A stretch of 64,000 bases of DNA from an uncultured Methanosarcinaceae archaeon. GTDB taxonomy: Archaea; Halobacteriota; Methanosarcinia; Methanosarcinales; Methanosarcinaceae. Position 1 is the first letter of the stretch; each line of letters opens with the position of its first letter. A model generated the notes under the pieces. It was not told the origin of the DNA. It was given only the letters and a program-made list of their open reading frames with translations, and made no database searches. The position numbers and the translations under genes were made by a program. Positions 54,861 to 64,000 of this stretch are shown in pieces. Where the stretch lies: NCBI GenBank assembly GCA_963721455.1, contig CAVRJG010000045.1, forward strand, positions 64,001 to 128,000, written 5' to 3'.

Positions 54861-55784
54861 TCAAATTTCTCCAAGCTCCCAGCCAAGGTGTTCTTTTATG
54901 ACAGTATATGCCATTGCAGGCGGGATGATCCCGATATCGGTTACGATCATATCTATGTATTCGGCAGGGGTGAAGTCAAAAGCCGGATTTCTTACCTGCA
55001 CATGAGAAAGTTCTTTCAGGATTGCAGGGTCTACGACTTCATCTACAGCCCTTTCTTCGATTTCTATGGGGTTTCCGACAATCGTGCTCGGGCTAAACTT
55101 GAAGGTCTCGGCAGCTACCATGAAACTTTTTCTGGCCTCATGGGCAGCAAGGGCAAGCTGGGAGGTTCCTATCTTGTTTACCAGGGCGCCGTTAGCTGCA
55201 ATAGCATCAGCCCCGACAATGACCTTATCCACCTCTTTCATGTAGTAGCGCACTGCAGAATCCACGATCAGGGTTGTGGGAATCCCGAAATCGTTAAGGT
55301 GACGGATTGTCAATAAGCCCTGGCGCCTGGGGCGGCTTTCTGTGGCAACTACCGAGATGGCCTTTCCGTCCTCAAACGCTGTAGTGATAATGGAGAGGGC
55401 AGCATGGGAGTTGCAGTGGGTCATAATAACGTCTCCATCCCGGATCCTTCTTGCCCCGATTTTTCCGATTTTTCCAAGGGCTTTGTCAGCTCTCTCGATA
55501 AAGAGGTTTGCATTTTCAATGATTTCCTGCCTTGCCTCTTCCACATTTCCTGAAGAGTACTTTGAAGCGAGTTTTACGGCATTAGGAAGAGAAACGGCTG
55601 TAGGGCGGGTACTGATTAGAAAATTTGAAACATCCCTGATGCTGGTACTGAATTCCTCCATTGAAGCCACTTCCAGCCCTGAGGCATAATCCCTGATAGC
55701 TTCAGCAGCAGCTTTTGCAATCCTGCCCGCGCCCCGGATTTCCATTGTCCGGATCTTTTCTGCGGTTTCCTGAACTTTTTCCAT
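54861..55784 (-). CDS. Ribose-1,5-bisphosphate isomerase (eIF-2B-like family)
   Basis: MEIRGAG.IA, TRPTAVSL, THCNS, ESRP..QG, NKIGT, NPAFD.TP. Confidence 0.9.
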   Translation of the reverse strand: MEKVQETAEKIRTMEIRGAGRIAKAAAEAIRDYASGLEVASMEEFSTSIRDVSNFLISTRPTAVSLPNAVKLASKYSSGNVEEARQEIIENANLFIERADKALGKIGKIGARRIRDGDVIMTHCNSHAALSIITTAFEDGKAISVVATESRPRRQGLLTIRHLNDFGIPTTLIVDSAVRYYMKEVDKVIVGADAIAANGALVNKIGTSQLALAAHEARKSFMVAAETFKFSPSTIVGNPIEIEERAVDEVVDPAILKELSHVQVRNPAFDFTPAEYIDMIVTDIGIIPPAMAYTVIKEHLGWELGEI

Positions 55785-55855
55785 AATATAAAGGATAGAT
55801 AGAGTCAGATTTATAGCTATCTTCCGGTTTTTCTGGCATCTGCCCCAACAAAAAT

Positions 55856-56644
55856 TCAGATTTCAGTTATTTTATCAGAGATATTCCTGTAGTGAGCAAA
55901 GAGGTCTTCCCCCCACTGAAGGGCAACAGAGTCGAAGCACAGGACATCTTCCTTATGGTCAAAAGTGCCGTCAGAAAAAGGCAGGGTAAGCGAGAGAAAC
56001 CTGTCACTAACTACATGGGAGAGTTCTATTTTTTTGCTGCATACGTAAAAACTCGCATTCTCGAATTTAAGAAACTCAGCTAACTCGGCCCCGAATTCTT
56101 CCTTTATCCTTTCATAAATCGGGAGAGTTACAACGATAGAGATATCCACTCCCTTTTTTGCAAAAGTCAGGAAAAGTGATGGATAAAGAGGGTGAAAAAC
56201 AGAGGCAATGCCATTTATTTTTTTTGAATTCATCAGGTTTTCCACAAATTCCCTGTGAGGTTCAAAGAGGCGTGTCCTGTCAGGAGGTTCGGAAAACGTG
56301 CAGTTTGCCAGTTCTCCGATCCTTTTCCGCAAAGGAACAGGTAAGCACTCGACTGCATGGTTTGCCCAGTAATCATATTTACTTCCGAAAACGTTTAAAA
56401 CATCCGCCATTGCCTGCATTCTGCCAGCTACCGCTATACCGAGGGGAGACAGGCTGTAAACGTCTCCTGTCTTTAAGATCAGGAAATTTTCCCTCAGTTT
56501 TTTTAGCTGGGGAAGAATTGCCACCGGACCTACATTTAACGTTTTTTTAATCTCTGAGATAGATTTTGGCTCATCCTTTAAAAATAAAAGAAGATCGGTC
56601 CTTTTTTCGGAGAGGAAAATCAATTCGAGAAGCGGACTGTTCAT
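55856..56644 (-). CDS. Msr-like ArsR/wHTH-DUF1724 regulator
   Basis: LIFLSEKR.DLLL.L, ILPQLKKL, WGEDLF; paralogous to 17915-19678 genes. Confidence 0.85.
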   Translation of the reverse strand: MNSPLLELIFLSEKRTDLLLFLKDEPKSISEIKKTLNVGPVAILPQLKKLRENFLILKTGDVYSLSPLGIAVAGRMQAMADVLNVFGSKYDYWANHAVECLPVPLRKRIGELANCTFSEPPDRTRLFEPHREFVENLMNSKKINGIASVFHPLYPSLFLTFAKKGVDISIVVTLPIYERIKEEFGAELAEFLKFENASFYVCSKKIELSHVVSDRFLSLTLPFSDGTFDHKEDVLCFDSVALQWGEDLFAHYRNISDKITEI

Positions 56645-57451
56645 GTTTTTGTCATATATGCAGCTACTTAATAAATATCTTCCTGATTTTGCAGCTGCTT
56701 TTGTCCTGAAAATATTTGTTATTACAGGGGATTTATTGAAAACTTATTAACAGAGTTAGAATGACTGCAGAAGGGTGAACCCTCGTACATAAAATTAAAT
56801 TTTGTACAAAGAATAAAAGAAATTGAAGGCTTACAAATCGGCTTTTGAGTCCAATAAACCGAATTTTGAGGTGGCTAAATAATTTAATGCGAAGCAAATT
56901 TTAAAGTCGTGTAGGTTATATACGTTTATAACATAAAGAGAAAGTCAACGATTAAGAGTTAAGGGTTTTTCTCTTAATCGTAGGGGTTGAATCACGCGAT
57001 TGGGAGCCAATCAGAGGTGGCGAAAGGCTCCCAATTATAGCAAAATCTTTTTAAAGAATTTTACATACAATAAATATTTTAATTTTAGATCATTTTTTTT
57101 CAAGAGATAATTTATGGAGTTATTTGAATAGCATTCGAAAAATATTAATTAAATGATTTTAGATCATATTCCGATTTTTTCCAGCAGCTTATTAAGTAAA
57201 CATGAAAGATTTTATTTTGAGACTCGATCTTTCTGCGGTTTCAAGAAAGAAAACCCATAAAAAGGAACAGAGAGATTAAACATATGCCGACTTCTCAAAT
57301 ATAAAAAGCAAGCCTTTTATTATTACCAGGAAACTTTTTTGTAACATTAATCGAATAAGAAATTTATAAATAGTATTCAGATGATATGGAATTATTTCAT
57401 CAAAATTAACCACATCTAACATGAAGGTTAACGGAATTAGGAGTCAAAAAC

Positions 57452-58036
57452 TTGGATTTTGATACTACTGTACAGTTTCACGGGCATGTCTGCCCCGGAC
57501 TTTCCATTGGCTACAGGGTAGCAACACTTGCTGCCAATCACTTTCGAGACCGCAGCAAAGATGAAGAGCTGGTTGCAATTGTGGAAAACCGGTCCTGCGC
57601 CGTGGATGCCATCCAGGCAATAAATGGCTGCACCTGTGGGAAAGGGAACCTTATTTTTAAAGATCACGGAAAGCATGTGTACACATACTTCAAAAGAGGT
57701 GATAAAAAAGCCCTGAGGATTTCCCTGAAACCCGACGTTCTCCCTCAGGATGAAAAGCATACTGTACTCTTTGCAAAATTGAGGGCAGGAACTGCAAATC
57801 CTGAGGAAACAAAGGAGTTTCGGGCCTCGCACGAAGCGAAAAGCCAGAGGGTTCTGGAAATGCCAGAGGAAGAACTTTTCTGGGTCAGAGAAGTGGAAAT
57901 CGAGCCCCCTGAAAAAGCTATAGTTTATCCCACCCTGATCTGCAGCAAATGCGGGGAAGGTTTTATGGAACCTCTCGGCAGGGTGAAAAGCGGAAAAATA
58001 GTCTGCATCCCCTGCTTTGAGGCAAAAGATGAATGA
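57452..58036 (+). CDS. FmdE family protein
   Basis: FHGHVCPGL, C.VDAIQ...GCT.GKGNL, C-terminal CxxC...CxxC. Confidence 0.9.
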   Translation: MDFDTTVQFHGHVCPGLSIGYRVATLAANHFRDRSKDEELVAIVENRSCAVDAIQAINGCTCGKGNLIFKDHGKHVYTYFKRGDKKALRISLKPDVLPQDEKHTVLFAKLRAGTANPEETKEFRASHEAKSQRVLEMPEEELFWVREVEIEPPEKAIVYPTLICSKCGEGFMEPLGRVKSGKIVCIPCFEAKDE

Positions 58037-58478
58037 AAATCCTGAGGTTCCCGAAACAATCGAAATGATCCCTGTAGGCTACGTGGAAAACGATTACATT
58101 GAGCCGGTGTACAACGAAGAGGTCTACAGGAAGGTTTCAAAGATAGTCCTGAAGGAAGAATTTACAGATGGGCTTTACCGGATCGAAGACTTTGAAAAAC
58201 TGTACGTTCTCTTCTATTTCAACAAGTCGAAAGGATATGAACTCATCCACCGCCGCCGTTATGATGGAGAGATTTCCGGAGTCTTCGCAAGCAGAAGCCC
58301 TTACCGCCCTAACGGGATAGGGCTAACGGTTGTAGAGCTTTTGAAAGTAGAGGATAATGTGCTCCATATAAAGGGCCTTGATGCTATTAATGGGACACCT
58401 GTGCTCGATATTAAGCCCTACATAAAAGAGACTGAAGAAAAGGATGAAGAAAAAGAGCAGGTTAAGAAAACGGGCTAA
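58029..58478 (+). CDS. tsaA: TsaA/TrmO-like tRNA methyltransferase
   Basis: GVFASRSP.RPN.IG, GLDA..GTPVLDIKPY. Confidence 0.85.
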   Translation: MNENPEVPETIEMIPVGYVENDYIEPVYNEEVYRKVSKIVLKEEFTDGLYRIEDFEKLYVLFYFNKSKGYELIHRRRYDGEISGVFASRSPYRPNGIGLTVVELLKVEDNVLHIKGLDAINGTPVLDIKPYIKETEEKDEEKEQVKKTG

Positions 58479-58585
58479 GTAAAAGTATCCGAACCTGAAG
58501 AAAATAGAAAATAGAAAAAAAATAAAAAATATGAGAATGAAGCAACCTTAAAGAACCCGAATCCATAAGCCCGAATGAGCATTTA

Positions 58586-59266
58586 TCATTTGAACTTTGC
58601 CAGAACTGCAAGGTGATCTTCATGATAGGGCATCAGGTCCTTTGCATTAAGAATCTCGAATTTGGGCTCAAAAGCCTGTTCAAGTTTTCTTACTTCTTCC
58701 TTAAAGATTTCTTTGGGATTTGCTGCAGTGTCGATACTCCGGGCCTTGATGGAAAGCAGGAGATATCCATCCTTTTTCAAAAAGCGGGCAGCATTCCTTG
58801 AAGCTATTTCTGCCTGGTTGGGCTGAGCAACGTCCTGGAAAATAAGGTCCACAGGTTCAACCAGATGGGAATAACTGTCCGGACTTCCCGCATCAGCCAG
58901 AATTGGGTGGAGATTTTTCCGCCTTGATGCAAGCCCTATCAGATCTCTCATGCTTCGTGGGGCAAACTCGACGGCATAAACGGCACCTTCTGAGACGATA
59001 TCCGAAACATGGCTGACAGTTGTGCCTGAAGCCGCCCCAAGGTAAAGAACTTTAGAATCTTCCTGCAGGGGGATATCGAATTTCTTGAGGACCATAGCTC
59101 CAAGCTTGCTCCGGCGAGGGTCCCATATCCGGTACTCAACTCCTTCAACCGGGATCAGCTTTTCTCCATAAACCACTTTTCCAGGGTCAAGGTTCTTTGT
59201 AGCAAGCTGTTTTTTGTCCTTAATAACTTCAAAAATTCCGTCCGACAGCTTTCTGACTTCAGACAT
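58586..59266 (-). CDS. flpA: Fibrillarin rRNA/tRNA 2'-O-methyltransferase
   Basis: VYGE, RSKL, VLYLGAASGTTVSHVSD, DVAQPNQ. Confidence 0.96.
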   Translation of the reverse strand: MSEVRKLSDGIFEVIKDKKQLATKNLDPGKVVYGEKLIPVEGVEYRIWDPRRSKLGAMVLKKFDIPLQEDSKVLYLGAASGTTVSHVSDIVSEGAVYAVEFAPRSMRDLIGLASRRKNLHPILADAGSPDSYSHLVEPVDLIFQDVAQPNQAEIASRNAARFLKKDGYLLLSIKARSIDTAANPKEIFKEEVRKLEQAFEPKFEILNAKDLMPYHEDHLAVLAKFK

Positions 59267-60277
59267 TTATTTCCTCCTCTTTTTCTTTATTTTTGCCCCG
59301 CTTTCCTGCTTTTTTTGAGGAGGCCTGGGGTTCAAAGCCTTGATCTGCAGGACCTTTGTTTCAAGCTTTTCTGCAAGAGAGAGATCTTTTTTCCCGGAAT
59401 AAAAGTCGATGCGTGCAGCAAGAGAAAGCTTTGCTGCAACGGCTCTTGCTATCTTTCCCCTTACCCACCAGGGCGCGGTATTTATTAGAGGATGGCTATA
59501 GATCACACCGTGCTTCGGAGATGGAGCCCGAGCCCGGAGATGCTTGAAAAGAGCCTTGCTGGCTCCTATAACCTGAATGGTGCTGGAGGGAAATACAGCA
59601 AGTTTTTTGAGGCTCCCTGCAATACTTATCAACCTTGCCCCGAGCATGGGGCCCGCGATAAGGTTCAGGTTGGGTGCGACCACTTCCATGCTGTTCTGAA
59701 TATAAGCCTCGATCTGTCTCCTCCGTTCATACAGGCTGCAGACGCTTTCTGCAAAACCTTTAAGAAGCGCTTCATCCGCAGCTTCAAGTTTTGCGCCCAT
59801 AGAATCCCTGGCTTTCGAATAAAGCGGATCTTCAGAACCAATATTATCACGGGAACCGTATTTTGCAATAAAAAGTGCAAGGGCTTCTCCGCTTAGCCCG
59901 CTTTCGGGAAAATAACCTCCGTACCATTCAAAAAGCCTTTCCGAAAGGGAGTTTGTCGTTTCATTGATGTCGTCCAGAGCTTCCACAGCCTGGATAATTC
60001 GCTGGTCAGGAGTTAGAGCTCCTGAGACCTGGATTTTTGCAGCTTCCAGAGTGACTTCGTGTAAAAGGGAGTAGTATTCGGCAGGGGATTCTACAAATCC
60101 GCATTCGATAGCTGCGGCTTTCAGGTCAAAGCCTTCAGGAGGGAGATTCGACCTGCTGTCCCTTAAAGAAAGAGAGTGCAGGGCAAGCTCCCGGATGCCC
60201 TTTGAAAGAAGCCCGAATTCCAGAATTTCCCCTGCCCTGCCTGTTTCAAGGACTCCAAACCAGGTGTCGACTTTCAA
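59267..60277 (-). CDS. nop5: Nop5 (Nop56/58) C/D RNP protein
   Basis: APNL...G..LGARLI, PSSTIQV.GA.KALF, PKHG, RGKIAR. Confidence 0.92.
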   Translation of the reverse strand: MKVDTWFGVLETGRAGEILEFGLLSKGIRELALHSLSLRDSRSNLPPEGFDLKAAAIECGFVESPAEYYSLLHEVTLEAAKIQVSGALTPDQRIIQAVEALDDINETTNSLSERLFEWYGGYFPESGLSGEALALFIAKYGSRDNIGSEDPLYSKARDSMGAKLEAADEALLKGFAESVCSLYERRRQIEAYIQNSMEVVAPNLNLIAGPMLGARLISIAGSLKKLAVFPSSTIQVIGASKALFKHLRARAPSPKHGVIYSHPLINTAPWWVRGKIARAVAAKLSLAARIDFYSGKKDLSLAEKLETKVLQIKALNPRPPQKKQESGAKIKKKRRK

Positions 60278-61245
60278 TCAGGACCCCCCAAAATGTCCGC
60301 ACCACGGTTCTTTGCCTTTGTAAGCAATACTTTCCCGCCAAGAGACTCGTCAAGCATGCGCTGGGCTTCTAGCTGGAGCCTTTTGCCTTCTCCAGCGCTG
60401 CCGACAATTCCGTAAACTACGGGCCCGAAAGAACTGATGCCTGAGCCGCTTGCTCCGTTATCCCGCATGTACTCCATAATATCCAGAACAGGGCGCGACT
60501 GAAGTTCGACTTCCCTCCTCTTAAAACCTGTAATCTGGAAGTGGTTAATTGCCCTGCCGAAACTTTCCAGGTCTTCTTCCACAAGTGCAGGAAGCATCTG
60601 CATGAGGATTACGTGGCAAATTTCCTGAACTTCGGCAAGGGGAATTGGACAATATTTTTTGAAAATGTTCACTTCTTCCGCATCATGAGCCCCTTTACTG
60701 TTAGGGATTACAAGGACAATAGGCCAATCAGGGAAATTTCTTCTGAAAAGGACAGGGCCTGGAGGTACGTGGCTGGCCGCAGAAGGAGAAAATGCACCTT
60801 TATCCTTGAACTTGTGTCCACCGTCCAGAATGAAACCGCCGTTTTCAAAAGCAGCAACCCCTATTCCGGAAGTGCCGCCTCTACCGACAGCAACTGCAAG
60901 TTCCCGAACGCTTTTCCCAAGTCCGTAGATTTTATTTACGGCTGCTGCTGCTGACAGTGCAGCCTGGGTCCCGGAGCCGAGCCCTACATGGTCAGGAAGA
61001 CTATCGTTAATATGGAGTCTTATTCCTTTTCCTGCCGGGAGCAAAGCTTCTGCAGCTTTCCGCATCCTGCCTGCGAGAAGAGGATCACCGAAGACTTCGA
61101 TATTATCAGCTTCAGTTGCGGAAATTTCCAGGCAGGGAGATTCCAGGGCGATTCCTGCTCCCCCATCGACCCTGCCGAGCTCTGCATTGAGGTCTATCAG
61201 GGTAAGATGTAGTCTGGATGGAGACACTACTTTAATCATGTTCAT
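60274..61245 (-). CDS. mptG: Beta-ribofuranosylaminobenzene 5'-phosphate synthase (methanopterin biosynthesis)
   Basis: PSRLH.TLID, HVGLGSGTQ, RGGTSGIG, GGFILDGGH, SSFGP. Confidence 0.9.
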   Translation of the reverse strand: MNMIKVVSPSRLHLTLIDLNAELGRVDGGAGIALESPCLEISATEADNIEVFGDPLLAGRMRKAAEALLPAGKGIRLHINDSLPDHVGLGSGTQAALSAAAAVNKIYGLGKSVRELAVAVGRGGTSGIGVAAFENGGFILDGGHKFKDKGAFSPSAASHVPPGPVLFRRNFPDWPIVLVIPNSKGAHDAEEVNIFKKYCPIPLAEVQEICHVILMQMLPALVEEDLESFGRAINHFQITGFKRREVELQSRPVLDIMEYMRDNGASGSGISSFGPVVYGIVGSAGEGKRLQLEAQRMLDESLGGKVLLTKAKNRGADILGGPD

Positions 61246-61273
61246 CTGTATCCTCGTTACCTATTCATAAAGC

Positions 61274-62176
61274 TTAGGAGTGAAACTTCCATTTACCCCG
61301 GAGTTTTTCCATAATAATCGAATAAGTAAAAGACAAAGTTTTCCAGTTAAATATAAATTTAATGATTGGAAAAATCAGAGAATATATCTTAACACGTATC
61401 TCCGCATTTCCCCGGAAATCCAGCATTGGATTCATGAACAAAGGATTAATGGAAAAACTGCAGTGCCTGCACCGGCTGTAGGCCAATCCCATAATAGCAT
61501 GTAAAATCCCACAAAGCATGCCCGTATCTGCCGGATCGGAAAGGCCAAAAGTCATGTAAGATTCCAGACGCTTAATTTTTATCCCATTTAGCAAATCGGA
61601 AAACAGATGAAATAAAGGTATTCGGAGAGATTTAAATGCTTCCAGACCCAGGTGAAGTTTTTCTCTGGCAGTCATCCCCTCTTTTGCCTTTTCTTCACTT
61701 TCGGTCCTGATTTTCTTTTTTCCTCGTAATTTAGCAATTATTCCTGTTTTTTCTTTTTTCTCACTTACTTCTATTGTTTTTTCCTTATTCTCACTTACTT
61801 GTATTCTTTTTTCTTCCGGTTTTTTTTCTTCAATCTCTTTTCTGCCCTCCACTTCAATTTTACCCTCTGTTTTTATAATGTCTTCTGCGCTCTTTTGAGT
61901 CCCCTCCGGAAATTCTTCACCTTGATTACGTTCTACTATTCTTTCCTTTTTCGGCTTTTCCGCCCCTTCAAAAAGGTTCACTTTTTCTCCGGGCTCTCCG
62001 ACTAAAAAGGTATGGGAAAAAAGTAGCCATTTTACAGTAAATATGCCTCCGAATTCTTTCTTTTCTTCCAGACTGAGAACCTTAAGCTTGAAAGTGAAGC
62101 CTATTGCCGTAAAAAGTATGAATAAAATCAATAGAAAAACCAGCAGGAGAAGATAGATGGCCAGCATATTAAACAA
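61274..62176 (-). CDS. DUF2953 domain protein
   Basis: N-terminal TM, FGLSDPADTG.LCG; paired with GerW/YtfJ. Confidence 0.8.
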   Translation of the reverse strand: MFNMLAIYLLLLVFLLILFILFTAIGFTFKLKVLSLEEKKEFGGIFTVKWLLFSHTFLVGEPGEKVNLFEGAEKPKKERIVERNQGEEFPEGTQKSAEDIIKTEGKIEVEGRKEIEEKKPEEKRIQVSENKEKTIEVSEKKEKTGIIAKLRGKKKIRTESEEKAKEGMTAREKLHLGLEAFKSLRIPLFHLFSDLLNGIKIKRLESYMTFGLSDPADTGMLCGILHAIMGLAYSRCRHCSFSINPLFMNPMLDFRGNAEIRVKIYSLIFPIIKFIFNWKTLSFTYSIIMEKLRGKWKFHS

Positions 62177-62284
62177 GTTCAGGAAAAATGGACAGTCCTG
62201 ACTGTCCTGACTATCCTGAAAACCCCGACTTCTGAGTCCCGGTTCCTGGAAAAATCCTTTAAAAGGGTTTAAATTCCAGAAAAT

Positions 62285-62761
62285 TTAGTGAAAGCATCCT
62301 CCTTCTTCGACCTTGACCTCTATTTCTTCTATGGTCTCCTTTTCTCGAGCTTCTTTTTCTTTAATTTCCTTTTCTTGCAATTTCTCTTCTTTTTTGCTTT
62401 TACCTCTCATGCCTTTGAGCTTGTCCATAATCTCAGGCACAAGATCCGGAATTGAACTAAGAATTGATCCGACGTCGCTCCTCTCAGAAATCCGGAAGAT
62501 TCTGGCTTCCTCTTCAGAAAGCATAATGAATGCAACAGGCTCGATCTTCGCGCCTGCACCGCCGCCGCCTCCATATCCGGATTCGGTTTCCTTCTTGCCT
62601 TCCCCACCGCCTGCTCCGAAACCCAGAGTAATCCTTGAAATTGGAATAATTGTTTTCCCGGCAGCAGTAATAGGTTCTCCAACTACGGTTTTGGTAGTCG
62701 CGATTCTCTCAAGTTCACCTGCGATTTCTTTGATAGTGGCTTCTACACCCATCTTTTCCAT
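62285..62761 (-). CDS. GerW/YtfJ family protein
   Basis: VVGEPI....TIIP...LGFGAGGG, GGGGGAG..IEPVAF. Confidence 0.88.
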   Translation of the reverse strand: MEKMGVEATIKEIAGELERIATTKTVVGEPITAAGKTIIPISRITLGFGAGGGEGKKETESGYGGGGGAGAKIEPVAFIMLSEEEARIFRISERSDVGSILSSIPDLVPEIMDKLKGMRGKSKKEEKLQEKEIKEKEAREKETIEEIEVKVEEGGCFH

Positions 62762-63169
62762 CCCCTATTTTGTATATTGTTTCGTCTATAAGGATAATAA
62801 AGGTTTTCTATTATTTTTAATTTCCACTCTAATTTAAATAAATTTAAGGTAAATTAAGTTCGAATTTAATTATATTTGAGTAATCCTGCATTCATTGTTT
62901 TAAATGCAGCTTTAATTTCAGGAAAATACTTTAGTGTTCTTAAGAGGCCAATTATTCTTTTTATTAGACCATATGAATTGAGATATAACTCCTTGATCTT
63001 ATAAAAGAATATTTTAAGATAATTAATCTAATGTCATATATTGGCAGAAATGTTGGAAATCGAAATCAATATTGCTATTTTAAAAACTCGGGCTTAGAAC
63101 GTTTTTTATCCATTAAAACCAGCTTCATAGCCTGACTGGTGAACTACCCCTCACCTTTAAAACTTCGTC

Positions 63170-63833
63170 TCTCAACTCCGGATAACAATACCCTTTCAGG
63201 AAATACAGCATATGGCAACGGCAGAGGAGTCCATTTTGGCAGCTCTGACGGTAACATACTCTCAGGCAATACCGTCCGAAACAACAATGTTTACGGTCTT
63301 TATGTCTGTCCCAGAAGCGACACTAACCTTATTTACAACAATTATTTCAATGACACCAATATGACTATTCGAAACGGGATCGGAAACGCTTACAGTACCA
63401 CAAAAACAACAGGTACTAATATTGTAGGCGGACCGTATATAGGAGGCAACTTCTGGGGAAAACCTGATGGCACGGGATTTTCCGATACCGCAGTGGATAA
63501 GGATGGGGATGGAATTTCCGATTCCGCTTATACTAATATAACAGGCAGCGTCTACTCAGATTACCTGCCTTTGTAGCTTTAAAACAGGTACCAGTTGCAA
63601 ACTTCAGCAGCAATGTAACCTCAGGAAAAGCACCTCTCGGCATAAGTTTTACTGACACGAGCACAGGAACGCCAACAGCATGGAACTGGAGTTTTGGAGA
63701 CGGGACATATTCAACAGTACAGAAACCAAAGCACACTTATTCAAAAGCAGGAACCTATTCAGTAACACTTAATGCAAGTAACGCAGCCGGCACTGGTACG
63801 AAGACCAGAGCCAATTATATAGAAATAACATAA
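63170..63833 (+). pseudogene. 5'-truncated NosD/PbH1 beta-helix + PKD surface protein remnant (frameshift ~63573)
   Basis: NTLSGNT repeats, NLIYNNYFN, GGNFW, DGDGI.D, DYLPL; then PVANFSSNVTSGKAPL..FTD...WNWSFGDG in a shifted frame; begins after a gtgaactaccc element end. Confidence 0.8.
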
Positions 63834-64000
63834 GTAAAAGCTTTATAGAACCGGGTTGCAAAAAATCTGTTTAATAAACAATTTAATGCCTGAAAAAGAA
63901 AAGTGAAGGAATTTTCGAAAAAAAACCATATTCAAAAACTGAGTGAGGGAGCTGCGTGCTTTCAAAGTTTTTCTGCAAGGCTCCCGAACTCCAGCCGACT

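Noticed and set aside
63574-63582. Pyrrolysine readthrough of TAG in the NosD gene (also TAGs at 51158 and 28015)
   Set aside because: In-frame stops follow soon after; the continuation lies in a different frame, so these are frameshifts

Overview
This window is from a Methanosarcina-type methanogenic archaeon, judged from mtaCB with Msr regulators, PGF-sorted surface proteins, fibrillarin/Nop5 and beta-RFAP synthase. Core blocks include msrAB-mtaCB, dUTPase/aldolase, ferredoxins, asd, larBC, pyrH, R15P isomerase, FmdE/TsaA and flpA/nop5/mptG. Four accessory patches interrupt them. (1) About 2.2-14.9 kb: an IS630-disrupted erythromycin-esterase-family gene, a ParB-like gene beside a 46-bp tandem array, MITEs, and a protease cluster (ulilysin-like M43, M28, papain C1A, chagasin I42). 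(2) An intact IS630 in an ABC permease gene at about 27.4-28.6 kb. (3) A TetR/cupin/flavodoxin/aldo-keto reductase island at 42.5-47.1 kb. (4) A 3.5-kb integrase-less island bounded by 55-bp imperfect direct repeats inside an ABC operon; it carries a DUF4157 (eCIS-core) protein with a probable PD-(D/E)xK-like C-terminal domain plus a RelE/ParE toxin-antitoxin pair. Many single-base indels, including one in pyrH, look like sequencing error rather than true pseudogenes. No rRNA, tRNA or CRISPR array was found.
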